From assembly GCA_900549085.1 (NCBI GenBank), contig URMO01000002.1, positions 30,678 through 94,677 on the forward strand: a DNA stretch of 64,000 nucleotides, written 5' to 3'. Each line of letters opens with the position of its first letter. Position 1 is the first letter of the stretch. Below are positions 28,901 through 37,831 of the stretch, piece after piece. The translations under genes were made by a program, and so were the position numbers. Below the pieces are notes generated by a model. It was not told the DNA's origin. It ran no database searches and worked only from the letters and a program-made list of their open reading frames with translations. Source of the DNA: an uncultured Collinsella sp. GTDB taxonomy: Bacteria > Actinomycetota > Coriobacteriia > Coriobacteriales > Coriobacteriaceae.

Positions 28901-30656
28901 GGTCGATGGCGCAGATACGCTCGAACTCCTCCTCGCTCAGCAGCGGACGCTCCAGGCGCACCAGCTGGCAGGCCGTGCGGGAGTCCTCGAGCAGGTTGCC
29001 GTGGTTGCCCAGGTAGAGCGTGGTCGAGGTGACCATGTGCTCGCGCAGGGCATCGATCGGCGGATTCGTGACCTGGGCGAACAGCTGATAGAAGTAATCG
29101 AAGAACGAACGCGTCTTCTTGGACAGGCAGGCCAGCGGCGCGTCGATGCCCATCGAGGCGAGCGGTGCCTTGCCCTGCTGGGCCATGGGACGCACGACCT
29201 CGTCAACATCATCCCAGTGATACCCGAGCTTGGCCATACGCACGGCGGCGGGCACCTCGGCGTCCTCGGCGGACGTTGCCGCAACGGGCTCATCAAGCGC
29301 GTCAACGGTCAGCGTCTCCTCGGCAATCCAGTCGCGGTAGGGCTTTTCCTTGGCATAGCGGGCGCGCAGCTCATCGTTGTAGATCACGCGGCCGCGGGCA
29401 AAGTCGACCTCGAGCATCTGGCCCGGCCCCAGACAGCCGCTCGTCAGGATGTTCTCGGGGCTCACCTCGATGGTGCCCACCTCGCTTGCCAGCATAAAGC
29501 GACCGTCGCGCGTCACATAGTAGCGGGCGGGGCGCAGACCGTTGCGGTCGAGGGCGGCACCCAGCGTGCGGCCGTCGGTAAAGGCGATGGCGGCAGGGCC
29601 GTCCCACGGCTCCATGAGCATGGACTGGTATGCGTCGTAGGCGCGGCGCTCCTCACTCAGGCTGTCGTTGTGGTCCCACGGCTCGGGCAGCAGCATGGAC
29701 GCGGCACGCGTGAGCGGGCGACCGTTCATGACCAAAAACTCGAGCACATTGTCCAGAATCGCGGAATCGGAGCCCTCGCGGTTGATGATGGGCATCACGC
29801 GCTCAAGATCGTGCTGCAGCACGGGGCTATACAGATTGGGCTCGCGGGCGCGAATCCAGTTGACGTTGCCCTTGAGGGTGTTGATCTCGCCGTTGTGGAT
29901 GATAAAGCGGTTGGGGTGCGCGCGCTCCCAGCTGGGCGTGGTGTTGGTGGAGTAGCGCGAGTGGACGAGCGCCACGGCCGTCTTGACGGCGGCGTCGTTG
30001 AGATCGATGAAGAAGCGGCGCATCTGCGTGGCAACCAGCATGCCCTTGTACACGATGGTGCGCGAGCTCATGGAGCACACGTAGAAGATCTTGTCGCGCA
30101 GGGCAAACTCGGCGTCGGCCTTCTTCTCGATGGTGCGGCGGCACACGTACAGGCGACGCTCAAAGGCATCGCCGGCGGGCGTGTCGTCCGGACGGCCCAG
30201 GAAGGCCTGCAGGATAGTAGGCATGCAGGCGCGGGCCGTCGCGCCCAGGTCGTGCGGATCGACCGGCACCTCACGCCAAAAGAGCAGTGGCACGCCGGCC
30301 TCGGCGCAACCCTCCTCAAACACGCGACGGGCATCCTCTACGCCCTTGTCGTCCTGCGGGAAGAACAGCATGGCCACGCCATAGTCGCCCTCTGCCGGCA
30401 GAATCTGGCCGCACTTTTGAGCCTCTTTACGGAAAAAGTGATGCGGAACCTGGAACAAGATGCCAGCGCCGTCGCCGGTGTTCTTCTCGAGTCCCGTGCC
30501 GCCGCGGTGCTCCAAGTTGACCAGAATGGACAGCGCATCGTCCAGAATCTGGTGATGGCGCTCGCCGTTGATATCGGCAAGCGCGCCGATGCCACATGCA
30601 TCGTGGTCGAATTCGGGGCGATAAAGGCCCTGCTGCTGAGCGGAATCTGCCTGCAT
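25959..30656 (-). CDS. gltB: Glutamate synthase large subunit
   Basis: 1565 aa. N-terminal class-II amidotransferase (CGIGA nucleophile region), FMN and GXGXG domains; GGGGAGG SD. Confidence 0.95.
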   Translation of the reverse strand: MQADSAQQQGLYRPEFDHDACGIGALADINGERHHQILDDALSILVNLEHRGGTGLEKNTGDGAGILFQVPHHFFRKEAQKCGQILPAEGDYGVAMLFFPQDDKGVEDARRVFEEGCAEAGVPLLFWREVPVDPHDLGATARACMPTILQAFLGRPDDTPAGDAFERRLYVCRRTIEKKADAEFALRDKIFYVCSMSSRTIVYKGMLVATQMRRFFIDLNDAAVKTAVALVHSRYSTNTTPSWERAHPNRFIIHNGEINTLKGNVNWIRAREPNLYSPVLQHDLERVMPIINREGSDSAILDNVLEFLVMNGRPLTRAASMLLPEPWDHNDSLSEERRAYDAYQSMLMEPWDGPAAIAFTDGRTLGAALDRNGLRPARYYVTRDGRFMLASEVGTIEVSPENILTSGCLGPGQMLEVDFARGRVIYNDELRARYAKEKPYRDWIAEETLTVDALDEPVAATSAEDAEVPAAVRMAKLGYHWDDVDEVVRPMAQQGKAPLASMGIDAPLACLSKKTRSFFDYFYQLFAQVTNPPIDALREHMVTSTTLYLGNHGNLLEDSRTACQLVRLERPLLSEEEFERICAIDRVGFKTRRFRAVYRRDAGEGALQAALKQLAEDVEAAVRDGVNIVVLSDRAAAGEVPVPSLLAVGCVHNHLIRAGVRTFADIVVECGDAVSPHDFAALVGYSASGVYPYNAHACIRDLAARGDLDVTAEQGIANYNKAATAGIVSIMSKMGISTVQSYHSAQIFEAVGFTSEFVNAYFAGTVSRVGGMGVEDVECEQNERYDAALAILKSPAPDQLPTLGLTKWRPLGGEDHLIDPQTVYLLQTACREDSYDTFKEYSTRLHRTGRAVRLRDLLDFDASDRTPVSLDEVEPALNIVRRFNTGAMSYGSISKEAHECMAIAMNRLHGRSNSGEGGEDPRRETPLANGDSKNSAIKQVASARFGVTSRYLCSAFEIQIKMAQGAKPGEGGHLPGKKVYPWIAEVRQSTPGIGLISPPPHHDIYSIEDLAELIFDLKNANPGARVSVKLVSEAGVGTIATGVAKGAADKILISGHNGGSGAAARDSIWHAGLPLELGLAEAQQTLLQNGLRSRVVLEADGKLMDGTDVAVACLLGAEEFGFATMPLISMGCLMQRDCQQDTCPAGIATQNCRLRRGFRGKPEHVEHFMLFVAEQLREVMASLGFRTVDEMVGHPECLRQLEVPGNRKANLLDLSPVLASATCEFGAHIPGADGRHFLPQMAADSELDKTLDSTLFVPYTADARAHLRPIRFRADIANVNRCVGTILGNAVTKAHPEGLPAGSITIDCDGSAGQSFGAFLPRGITLNVCGDANDYFGKGLSGGEVSVRPNPHATYKFDENIIVGNVAFFGATSGRGFINGLAGQRFGVRNSGATVVVEGCGNHGCEYMTGGLALILGEVGQNFAAGMTGGVAYVFDQYGTLDARVNHESVELKAPTAGELAQIRALIQEHVDATQSPRGIKLLYSFETMSKHFVKVIPTEYERVLAIVAAAEAVGKTHAQAEELAFDIVTGRASAADVARFDVAGGAAGAAPVAASSVASTKKEA

Positions 30657-30839
30657 CGCGATCCTCCCCTAGGTGTTAGACAGTCAATTGACTAGGCATA
30701 CTAGGTGCATCGCCGGTCCGTTGTGTTTCCCGCCCGTTTCGAAACAATCGCGTAACGCGCGCCCTACGAGTGGACACCGCCGACCTCAAGGGCGGCAACA
30801 AGGACCCCAAATTCGACCTGTAAGCTCACCGCTTCAAAC

Positions 30840-31056
30840 ATCTCAATCTGTAACAGGAAGACCCAATTTCGACGACTAGCTGTTACAGATTGAGATGTTT
30901 TTGAGAGACGGCTCCGAATGTCTCAATCTGTAACACGAAGGGCCGGTTTTGGCGGTCAGCTGTTACAGATCGAGATTTTCCATAGGACCATTTCTTCCTG
31001 TCTCGATCTGTAACACCTAGACCCAATTTCCATCCCCAGTTGTTACAGACCAAGAC
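30840..31056. repeat. Family-1 palindromic repeat array no. 4 (3 units)
   Basis: Same architecture, in the divergent gltB / mntH intergenic region. Confidence 0.9.
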
Positions 31057-31178
31057 ATTTCGGCAGTCCCCTTTCACTATCCTGTCCAAATACAGCAATT
31101 TTGTTAGTCATGGTTAACTTTTGAGCCTAAAACGGGTATCATTTGCGGCGTCAAGCAAACGGCACACAGGAGCGCACC

Positions 31179-32435
31179 ATGCTCAACCATCTCAAACATC
31201 ACTTTGGCTCCCCGCGCACCGGTGGCCACGGCGGACTCGACATCGCACGGCATATCGGCCCCGGACTGCTCGTGACCGTCGGCTTTATCGACCCGGGCAA
31301 CTGGGCCTCCAATATGGCCGCGGGCTCGCAGTTTGGCTACGCGCTGCTGTGGATCGTCACGCTGTCCACGATCATGCTCATCGTGCTGCAGCACAACGCG
31401 GCGCACTTGGGCATCGCCACGGGCATGTGTCTCGCCGAGGCCACGACGCGCCACCTGCCCCGCCTCGTCGGGCGTGCGATACTCGGCAGCGCGTATCTAG
31501 CCACGGTCGCCACCGCCATGGCCGAAGTCCTGGGCGGTGCGATCGCGCTTCAAATGCTCTTTGGCCTGCCCGTACGCGCCGGCTGCGTCATCGTGGCGGC
31601 GGCATCGATTGCCATGCTCATGACAAGCTCCTACAAACGCGCCGAGCGATGGATCATCGCCTTCGTGGGCGTGGTGGGACTTTCGTTTTTAGCCGAGCTT
31701 GCACTAGTCAAGGTCGACTGGCCGCAAGCCGCCACAAGCTGGATCACACCCAGTATGCCCACCGGCTCGGCCGCGATTATCGTAAGTGTCCTAGGCGCGG
31801 TCGTTATGCCCCACAACCTCTTCCTGCACTCCGAGGTCATCCAATCCATGCACTTCGAAGGCCAAGGCGAGCAGGTTATCGAAGAACGTCTGCGCTACGA
31901 GCTCTTCGACACGCTCTTTTCGATGGGCGTGGGCTGGGCAATCAACTCGGCCATGGTCATCCTGGCCGCAACGACCTTCTTTGCGCACGGCATTGTCGTT
32001 GACGACCTCGCCGTCGCAGCGGCTACACTCTCCCCCATTCTGGGCCCGGCAAGCTCGACCATCTTTGCGGTGGCACTGCTGTTTGCGGGACTATCGAGTA
32101 GTGTGACGGCGGGCATGGCGGCGGGAACCATCATCGCGGGCATGTTCGACGAGGAATACGACATCCACGACCGACATTCCTCGATCGGGGTGGCGGCCTG
32201 CTTCGTCGGCGCAGTGGCGGCGTGCTTGGTCGTCCCGAATCCTTTTGAGGGTCTCATTTGGAGTCAGGCGCTGCTGTCGCTTCAGCTGCCAATTACGGTC
32301 TTTGCGCTCATACGACTCACCAGCTCACGCCGCGTCATGGGCAAATACGCCAACTCGCGCCCGCTCAACGCGCTGCTCGTAGGGATCGGCACCATCGTGA
32401 CGATTCTCGATGTCGTGTTGTTGACAGGAATGTAA
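31179..32435 (+). CDS. mntH: Nramp-family divalent metal (Mn2+/Fe2+) transporter
   Basis: ~418 aa from ATG MLNHLK, which has a GGAG SD. DPGNW signature motif; multi-TM. Confidence 0.9.
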   Translation: MLNHLKHHFGSPRTGGHGGLDIARHIGPGLLVTVGFIDPGNWASNMAAGSQFGYALLWIVTLSTIMLIVLQHNAAHLGIATGMCLAEATTRHLPRLVGRAILGSAYLATVATAMAEVLGGAIALQMLFGLPVRAGCVIVAAASIAMLMTSSYKRAERWIIAFVGVVGLSFLAELALVKVDWPQAATSWITPSMPTGSAAIIVSVLGAVVMPHNLFLHSEVIQSMHFEGQGEQVIEERLRYELFDTLFSMGVGWAINSAMVILAATTFFAHGIVVDDLAVAAATLSPILGPASSTIFAVALLFAGLSSSVTAGMAAGTIIAGMFDEEYDIHDRHSSIGVAACFVGAVAACLVVPNPFEGLIWSQALLSLQLPITVFALIRLTSSRRVMGKYANSRPLNALLVGIGTIVTILDVVLLTGM

Positions 32436-32452
32436 TGAGACGGGGCACCTAC

Positions 32453-32599
32453 CCAGGCAAACGTCTCGATCTGTAACATCTAGACATCAAAAGCGGGTCT
32501 AGATGTTACAGATCGAGATCATTCCGAGGGACAGCTCCGTTTGTCTCAATCTGTAACACGTAGGCCCCGTTTTCACTGCTAGATGTTACAGATTAAGAC
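32453..32599. repeat. Family-1 palindromic repeat array no. 5 (2 units)
   Basis: Two hairpin units immediately downstream of mntH. Confidence 0.9.
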
Positions 32600-32744
32600 A
32601 AACGGTCGGCTGGACTCACGACAGACAGGATCGGCTAACGGCAACCGTAATCCCTTGGGGACGGAGGAAAAGGGTCCCGGCCGGAATATCCGACCGGGAC
32701 CCTTGGACAGAGCTATGTGTTGCTGCAAGTCGTGTGTCTGCGAG

Positions 32745-32888
32745 TTACTCCTCGACGAGCTCAAACTGATCGGGACCGACGCCGCAAACCGGGCACACGT
32801 AGTCCTCGGGCAGCTCGGGCGTGTCGACCTCAACCTCGTAACCGCAAACGATGCACACGAACTTGTACGTCTTCTTCTCCTCAGCCAT
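32745..32888 (-). CDS. Rubredoxin (47 aa; below the ORF-track size cutoff)
   Basis: Translation is [47 protein letters not shown], with the paired CxxCG...CPxCG rubredoxin motifs. GAGAGGAG SD 6 nt upstream of the ATG. Confidence 0.8.
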   Translation of the reverse strand: MAEEKKTYKFVCIVCGYEVEVDTPELPEDYVCPVCGVGPDQFELVEE

Positions 32889-32976
32889 GATGTTCTCCTC
32901 TCGAACGTGACTGCTGGTGTACTTGCTTATTAGTATATATTCTCAATAATATAATGCAAGTATTTTTAAAACATTT

Positions 32977-33480
32977 CTAGCCTTGATACGAGGACGCCTT
33001 CGGAGGCGTCTTGCCCTTCAGGACCTTATGGTAGTAATCGTAGGTGAGCGGCGTCTCGCCGCTCAGGCGCTCGGCATCCTCAACCTCGCCAATAAAGATC
33101 AGGTGCGTGCCCACGTCAACAGTGTCAATCAAACGGCAGCTAAACAAGGCCGCCGCGTGCTCGGGCACATAGGGCATGCCCAGAGCCGTCTCGCGGGTCT
33201 CGTATTTGGCAAACTTGTCATAGTCGCTGCTGGTGCGAAACCCAAAGTTGCCAATGTAGAGCATATCGGCCGTCTGATCGATCACGGTCAGCGCAAAGGC
33301 CTTGGCAGACGAGATAACACCAGACGTGACATTTTCCTTGTTCACGGCAACCGAGATGCGCGGCGGCGCGGACGTCACCTGCACCGCCGTGTTGATGACG
33401 CAGCCGGCACGCAGCCCGTCGGCCGCGGCACTCACCACATACAGGCCGCTCGGCATCGTAAAGAACGCAGTTTTGTCCAT
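32977..33480 (-). CDS. Flavin-reductase-like (FMN-binding split-barrel) protein, likely rubredoxin partner
   Basis: ~167 aa from ATG MDKTAFF, which has a GGGGAG SD. The ORF-track N-terminal extension runs through a family-2 palindromic element and is rejected. Flavin reductase / HMW-rubredoxin family. Confidence 0.7.
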   Translation of the reverse strand: MDKTAFFTMPSGLYVVSAAADGLRAGCVINTAVQVTSAPPRISVAVNKENVTSGVISSAKAFALTVIDQTADMLYIGNFGFRTSSDYDKFAKYETRETALGMPYVPEHAAALFSCRLIDTVDVGTHLIFIGEVEDAERLSGETPLTYDYYHKVLKGKTPPKASSYQG

Positions 33481-33607
33481 AATGATCACTCCCCTAACCC
33501 GGGTTGGAACCTCATGGATGTATGTACCCACAAAAAAGGCGACGTCCATACCGGACGCCGCCTTTGAGACATATGTGTCAGAACAGTAAGCAAGATGGAA
33601 CGCCCGC

Positions 33608-33674
33608 AGTTGCGGTGAAATAGGGACTGAATAGCCCCTCAAACAGGCAAAACAGTCCGTATTCCACCGCAACT
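33608..33674. repeat. Family-2 palindromic element (AGTTGCGGTGAAATA ... TATTYCACCGCAACT), copy iii
   Basis: 15-bp arms with one mismatch; loop carries the conserved AAAACAGTCC. Confidence 0.85.
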
Positions 33675-33686
33675 TATACAGAGCGC

Positions 33687-34157
33687 CTAGCGATTACGCT
33701 CCTTCAGCGCGCGATCGATTTCGCGCTGAACGTCGCGTTTGGCCATGTCTTCACGCTTGTCGTAGAGCTTCTTGCCGCGGCCTAGGCCCAACAGCAACTT
33801 TACGCGACCATCGGTATTAAAGTAGAGCTCCAACGGCACCAGCGCATAGCCGCGGTTGCGCAGTTTGCCGTCAAGAAAATCAATCTCCTTGCGATGCAGC
33901 AACAGGCGGCGACGACGATCGGGATCACGGTTCCACACACCACCGTGGCTGTAAGGGTGAATGTGCAGGCCCACCAGCCAGCACTCGCCGCCGCGAATCA
34001 GCGCAAAGGTATCAGCGATCTGACAGGCGCGCTCGCGAATCGACTTGACCTCGGTACCGCTCAGCTCAATGCCGCATTCGAACGTCTCGTCGATAAAATA
34101 CTCGTGATGCGCCGAGCGATTCTTGGAAATGAGCTTGCGTTCACGCTTACTGGGCAT
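33687..34157 (-). CDS. smpB: SsrA-binding protein
   Basis: ~156 aa from ATG MPSKRERK. Strong similarity to SmpB (..GTEVKSIR..., C-terminal basic tail). Confidence 0.9.
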   Translation of the reverse strand: MPSKRERKLISKNRSAHHEYFIDETFECGIELSGTEVKSIRERACQIADTFALIRGGECWLVGLHIHPYSHGGVWNRDPDRRRRLLLHRKEIDFLDGKLRNRGYALVPLELYFNTDGRVKLLLGLGRGKKLYDKREDMAKRDVQREIDRALKERNR

Positions 34158-35064
34158 CGCCGGCCTCCTTGACGCCGTCGGCTCCCTTGTCGGCGCCTGC
34201 GCGCTTTGCCTTGCGCTCGGCGTTGAGCTCGGCATCGCTCTCGCGCACCAGCTTAATGATTGCCGCGCAGGCCTCCTCGCCCACCAGGTCGCGGGCACGG
34301 ACCGTCAGACGCGTAGCCTCCTGCTTGTCGCCGTCGCCCGCAGCGTCGGTCGCACACATGATCAGGCAGATGGCAATCTCGGCCGAAGGCGAGGTCGGCA
34401 CGCCTTGCAAGGCCAGTTCACCCATCACGTGGTCGTCGCTCTCATCGGCGGCATCGGGATAGGCAGTATGGATCTTGTTGAGCAGGCGCGTCGTATGCGC
34501 ATCGCCAGGAGCCAAGCGCAGTGCCAGACGCGCGCAACCCACGGCCGCCGAGACGTTCTCGGTCTCGGGCTCAAGGAAATACTGGCCCAAGTTGGCGTAG
34601 GCGCGGGCGGCGCACTTGCCGTCGCTCGCACGCTCTAGCACCGAAAACGAAAGCGATGCCCACTCCTGCTTGTCCTCGAGAGCGCGGAACAGCTCGGCAA
34701 GATCCAGTCGGTAGTTGCAGTTCATGGGGTCCCAGCGAACGGCCTGCATCAAGGCGTTGCGAGCACTCACATAATCCTGCTGGCGAATGTAGGCAAACGC
34801 CATGTCGGAATACAGACGATCAAAGGGCACCTCGACCTGCACCAGCTCGCGCGGATCCTTTTCCACACGACGGTAGGCCAGACGCTCAAACTTGCTATCG
34901 AAGCTAAAGTACTGGCGGTTCTCCTCCGTCTTGCACTCGGCATCGATATACTCCTCGGCGAGCTCAACCAGACGCTCCAACAGCGGCGTCGCCGTGGCCA
35001 AGTCTCCCTGCGCCAGGTAATTCTCGGCATACGTAATGTCTTGTAGGCTGATGGGCAGGTCCAT
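34147..35064 (-). CDS. TPR-like helical-repeat hypothetical protein
   Basis: 305 aa, GAGGAG SD, helical-repeat composition. Its 3' end overlaps the smpB start. Confidence 0.5.
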   Translation of the reverse strand: MDLPISLQDITYAENYLAQGDLATATPLLERLVELAEEYIDAECKTEENRQYFSFDSKFERLAYRRVEKDPRELVQVEVPFDRLYSDMAFAYIRQQDYVSARNALMQAVRWDPMNCNYRLDLAELFRALEDKQEWASLSFSVLERASDGKCAARAYANLGQYFLEPETENVSAAVGCARLALRLAPGDAHTTRLLNKIHTAYPDAADESDDHVMGELALQGVPTSPSAEIAICLIMCATDAAGDGDKQEATRLTVRARDLVGEEACAAIIKLVRESDAELNAERKAKRAGADKGADGVKEAGDAQ

Positions 35065-35157
35065 GGTAACTCCTCGGTCCGGGTGAAACGCGGCTCATTC
35101 CACACATGCGGCGTATACACAAAACCCGGGTCTCTTGCGAGGCCCGGGCGTTCATTT

Positions 35158-35234
35158 TGTGGTAGCCCGTACCAGATTCGAACTGGTGATCTCCGCCTTG
35201 AGAGGGCGGCGTCCTAAACCGCTAGACGAACGGG
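35158..35234 (-). tRNA. tRNA-Glu (anticodon CTC)
   Basis: The reverse complement gives GGCCCGTTCGTCTAGCGGTTTAGGACGCCGCCCTCTCAAGGCGGAGATCACCAGTTCGAATCTGGTACGGGCTACCA. Cloverleaf with anticodon loop CTCTCAA, T-loop GTTCGAATC and an encoded CCA. Confidence 0.85.
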
Positions 35235-35251
35235 CCATATGTAGCAAATGC

Positions 35252-35325
35252 AATGGCTGGGATGGAGGGAGTCGAACCCCCATTGACGGAACCAGAATCC
35301 GCTGTCCTGCCATTAGACGACATCC
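35252..35325 (-). tRNA. tRNA-Gln (anticodon CTG)
   Basis: The reverse complement gives TGGGATGTCGTCTAATGGCAGGACAGCGGATTCTGGTTCCGTCAATGGGGGTTCGACTCCCTCCATCCCAGCCA. Anticodon loop TTCTGGT, T-loop GGTTCGACTCC. Confidence 0.85.
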
Positions 35326-35602
35326 CAATGACTGCATCGCTGCGCTCGGCTGTGCCTTTGCGCAAGAAAGAAATATACGGGAAGTCCTGCCATGACGCAA
35401 GCCCCAATTTTGACTTTTTTGAAATTCGGTCAAATTGGCCTAATTTCGTCCAACCCGTGAAGGACCTGTGAAGCCAAACCGCATGCAAGGGGGCAAAATG
35501 CCGCAAGCGCACCATAGCTACCGTTGGCAGATTCTACCGTGAAAACGATAGCACCAGGCAACACAATCGAAGTATCAATGATCGCGTAGATATCGAGGCA
35601 CC

Positions 35603-36013
35603 ATGGACGAAGAGCTTGATTACCTATGGGAGACCCTGGGCCTCGAGATCACTGCCGACCTTTGGCCCGAACGGGACAAAATTCACCCCACGTTACGCCC
35701 CGCCATTACTGTGGTGCAGGCAAAATACCGCCGTGCATCCTTTTTGATCATGCGGATGTCATGGCACGCGGGACTCCCCGACCTTAAGCGAATCCAGGCA
35801 AGCCTCGTCGAGTTGTCCGGCATGCCGACCGTCATATCCGAGGCGCACCTGGAGCAGCGCCAGCGCGAGCGACTGCAACAGCAGCGGATTCCCTTTATCT
35901 GCCCCGGCGTTCAGGCATATCTGCCCTTTATGGACGAGGAGTACTGGAGCGGCAAGCCCAACAAACACGTAAAGGTCTACGATCCGCACGAATGGGCACA
36001 GCTGGCGGACTGA
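35603..36013 (+). CDS. Hypothetical protein
   Basis: 136 aa ORF; no motif. Confidence 0.45.
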   Translation: MDEELDYLWETLGLEITADLWPERDKIHPTLRPAITVVQAKYRRASFLIMRMSWHAGLPDLKRIQASLVELSGMPTVISEAHLEQRQRERLQQQRIPFICPGVQAYLPFMDEEYWSGKPNKHVKVYDPHEWAQLAD

Positions 36014-36027
36014 CTGGGGCAGGCCCG

Positions 36028-36215
36028 CCGGCGGAAAGTGCGTCCCAGATTTCAAGCTCAAACTGGTCCCTACTTTCCCGTCGAGCCCTCAACCGGAAAC
36101 CGTGTCCCGCAATCGAAGCTCAGAATGGGACGTGCTTTCCGCAACCGGCCACTTTGGGAAAGTGCATCCCATTCTGGAAGCGAATTCCGGGTCGCACTTT
36201 CCGCAGCCGCTACAG
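36028..36215. promoter_or_regulatory. Four alternately oriented GGAAAGTGC / GCACTTTCC motifs in a convergent intergenic region
   Basis: GGCGGAAAGTGCGTCCCAG, GGGACGTGCTTTCCGCAACC, GGGAAAGTGCATCCCATTC, GGTCGCACTTTCCGCAGCC. Confidence 0.5.
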
Positions 36216-36569
36216 CAACGCCGCGGCCCAAGCCGATTCCCTAAAGCCGGGAATCGCAAAGTCGTCGCCCACCAGCAGCGGACGCTTGACCAGCATGCCG
36301 TCGGTCGCCAGCAGCTCATAGCACTCCCGATCCGTCATGCCCGCATCCAGACGCGCCTTCAGGCCCAGCTCTCGATATTTCATGCCCGACGAATTAAAGA
36401 AGCGCCGCACCGGCAGCCCCGAACGAGCAATCCAGGTCGCAAGCTCATCGGCCGTGGGGTTGTCCAAAACGATATCGCGGTCGATATACTCTACCCCATG
36501 TTCGTCCAGCCATGCCTTGGCCTTCTTACAGGTCGAGCACTTGGGATATTCAACAAACAGTACGGTCAT
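36210..36569 (-). CDS. ArsC/Spx/YffB-family thioredoxin-fold protein
   Basis: ~119 aa from ATG MTVLF, which has a GGAGG SD. N-terminal CSTCKKA motif of the ArsC/Spx family. Confidence 0.75.
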   Translation of the reverse strand: MTVLFVEYPKCSTCKKAKAWLDEHGVEYIDRDIVLDNPTADELATWIARSGLPVRRFFNSSGMKYRELGLKARLDAGMTDRECYELLATDGMLVKRPLLVGDDFAIPGFRESAWAAALL

Positions 36570-36661
36570 GGGAATCCTCCGAATATAGATCGGCCAACGC
36601 AGGCACACGCCACACGAGGCGCCTTCGTACGATGGGCCAATTGTAGCCCACGGGTCACACG

Positions 36662-37714
36662 CTAAACGAACCGTACCCCGAATCCGCGTTTGATGAACGG
36701 CAGCAGCTCCATTGCCTCGGGCGTGATATGGCCCGCAACGTTCATGCGCTCGTCACCGGGAAGATCGACCCGCGCAATCTCAAGCTCGCCTTCGTAGCGC
36801 CCATATCCGCTATTACTCACAGCGATCGACCCCGCCTTTCGTGGCAGGCCGGCTCCGGCATCCGTCGGCACGGAATCCGGCTTAAGCTTCGTACGTGACT
36901 CCTGAGACCTAAAGATGAGGACGCTCGAGTCGGGCCGGTCGTGATGAATCTGCCCGCGCACATAGGCATAACCGAGCTCAAGCTCGCATTGCAGGTCCAC
37001 GTATCCGGCGGAAACTTGAGCAAACTGCGCCCAGCCCGCATCGGAAAGATCGGGGTCGCCGACCAACACAATGTCGCAATCGGCGCCATGTGCAAGCTCA
37101 AGCATATTGAGGGCAACCTTTGACGCGCGACCGCGCTGCGCCTCGACCGTCGGCAGTCCCTCGAATACCGGCCCGCGAACGTTAGCATCACCCGGCACAA
37201 AAGCCATGATTTCGAATCCAAGCGCCGCAAGACGAAGATTCACCCGAGCAATGTCCTCCAGAGCTAAACCGGTATAAGGCTTGGGGTAAAAATTGTGGCA
37301 GGCGGCAAAACGAGTCACATCGGCACCGGCCTCACGCCACGATGCGATTTCATCAGAACTCACCGTCGATGCATTAACCACAATGCGAAATACACCGGAC
37401 AGCTCCGCGACCCGCTGGGCGCTAAAGCCATAGTCCAAACGAAGGTATTCCAACCCCAGATCGCGCAGGTCCTCAATGCGCTCAAGCCCGAGCAAATCGC
37501 ACGTGCGAGGCCCCACATCGGCAATCAGCGCAATGCCGCGGGCGGAAAGCAGCGACAGCACATGACGGACCTTATCGGTATACGCCGCTCCCCCATCCTC
37601 GGGAATATGCAGCGAGGTGAACGCGTAGCGCGCACCCGCCGCGGCGCCACGCTCAATCGTCCGCTCAATATCCTGCAAAGGGCTGGAAAGATAAATTGAA
37701 ATACCCGTTTTCAC
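36662..37714 (-). CDS. mupG: DUF871-family protein (MupG-like 6-phospho-N-acetylmuramidase)
   Basis: 350 aa, GTG start with AAAGGAG SD. MKTGISIY N-terminus typical of DUF871. Sits beside the PTS and murQ genes. Confidence 0.7.
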   Translation of the reverse strand: MKTGISIYLSSPLQDIERTIERGAAAGARYAFTSLHIPEDGGAAYTDKVRHVLSLLSARGIALIADVGPRTCDLLGLERIEDLRDLGLEYLRLDYGFSAQRVAELSGVFRIVVNASTVSSDEIASWREAGADVTRFAACHNFYPKPYTGLALEDIARVNLRLAALGFEIMAFVPGDANVRGPVFEGLPTVEAQRGRASKVALNMLELAHGADCDIVLVGDPDLSDAGWAQFAQVSAGYVDLQCELELGYAYVRGQIHHDRPDSSVLIFRSQESRTKLKPDSVPTDAGAGLPRKAGSIAVSNSGYGRYEGELEIARVDLPGDERMNVAGHITPEAMELLPFIKRGFGVRFV

Positions 37715-37831
37715 GCTTCAAAGCTCCTTTAAAAAAGGCCGGCGGAGCAGCTAGCCCCGCCGGCACAACCATAACATCAAGAAATCTGCCGCGCGCCGCG
37801 AACCCCGAGCAACACGGCTCGCGATATCAAA

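Noticed and set aside
33481-33672. N-terminal extension of the flavin-reductase ORF
   Set aside because: The extension is translated straight through a family-2 palindromic element. The internal ATG at 33480 has a GGGGAG SD.
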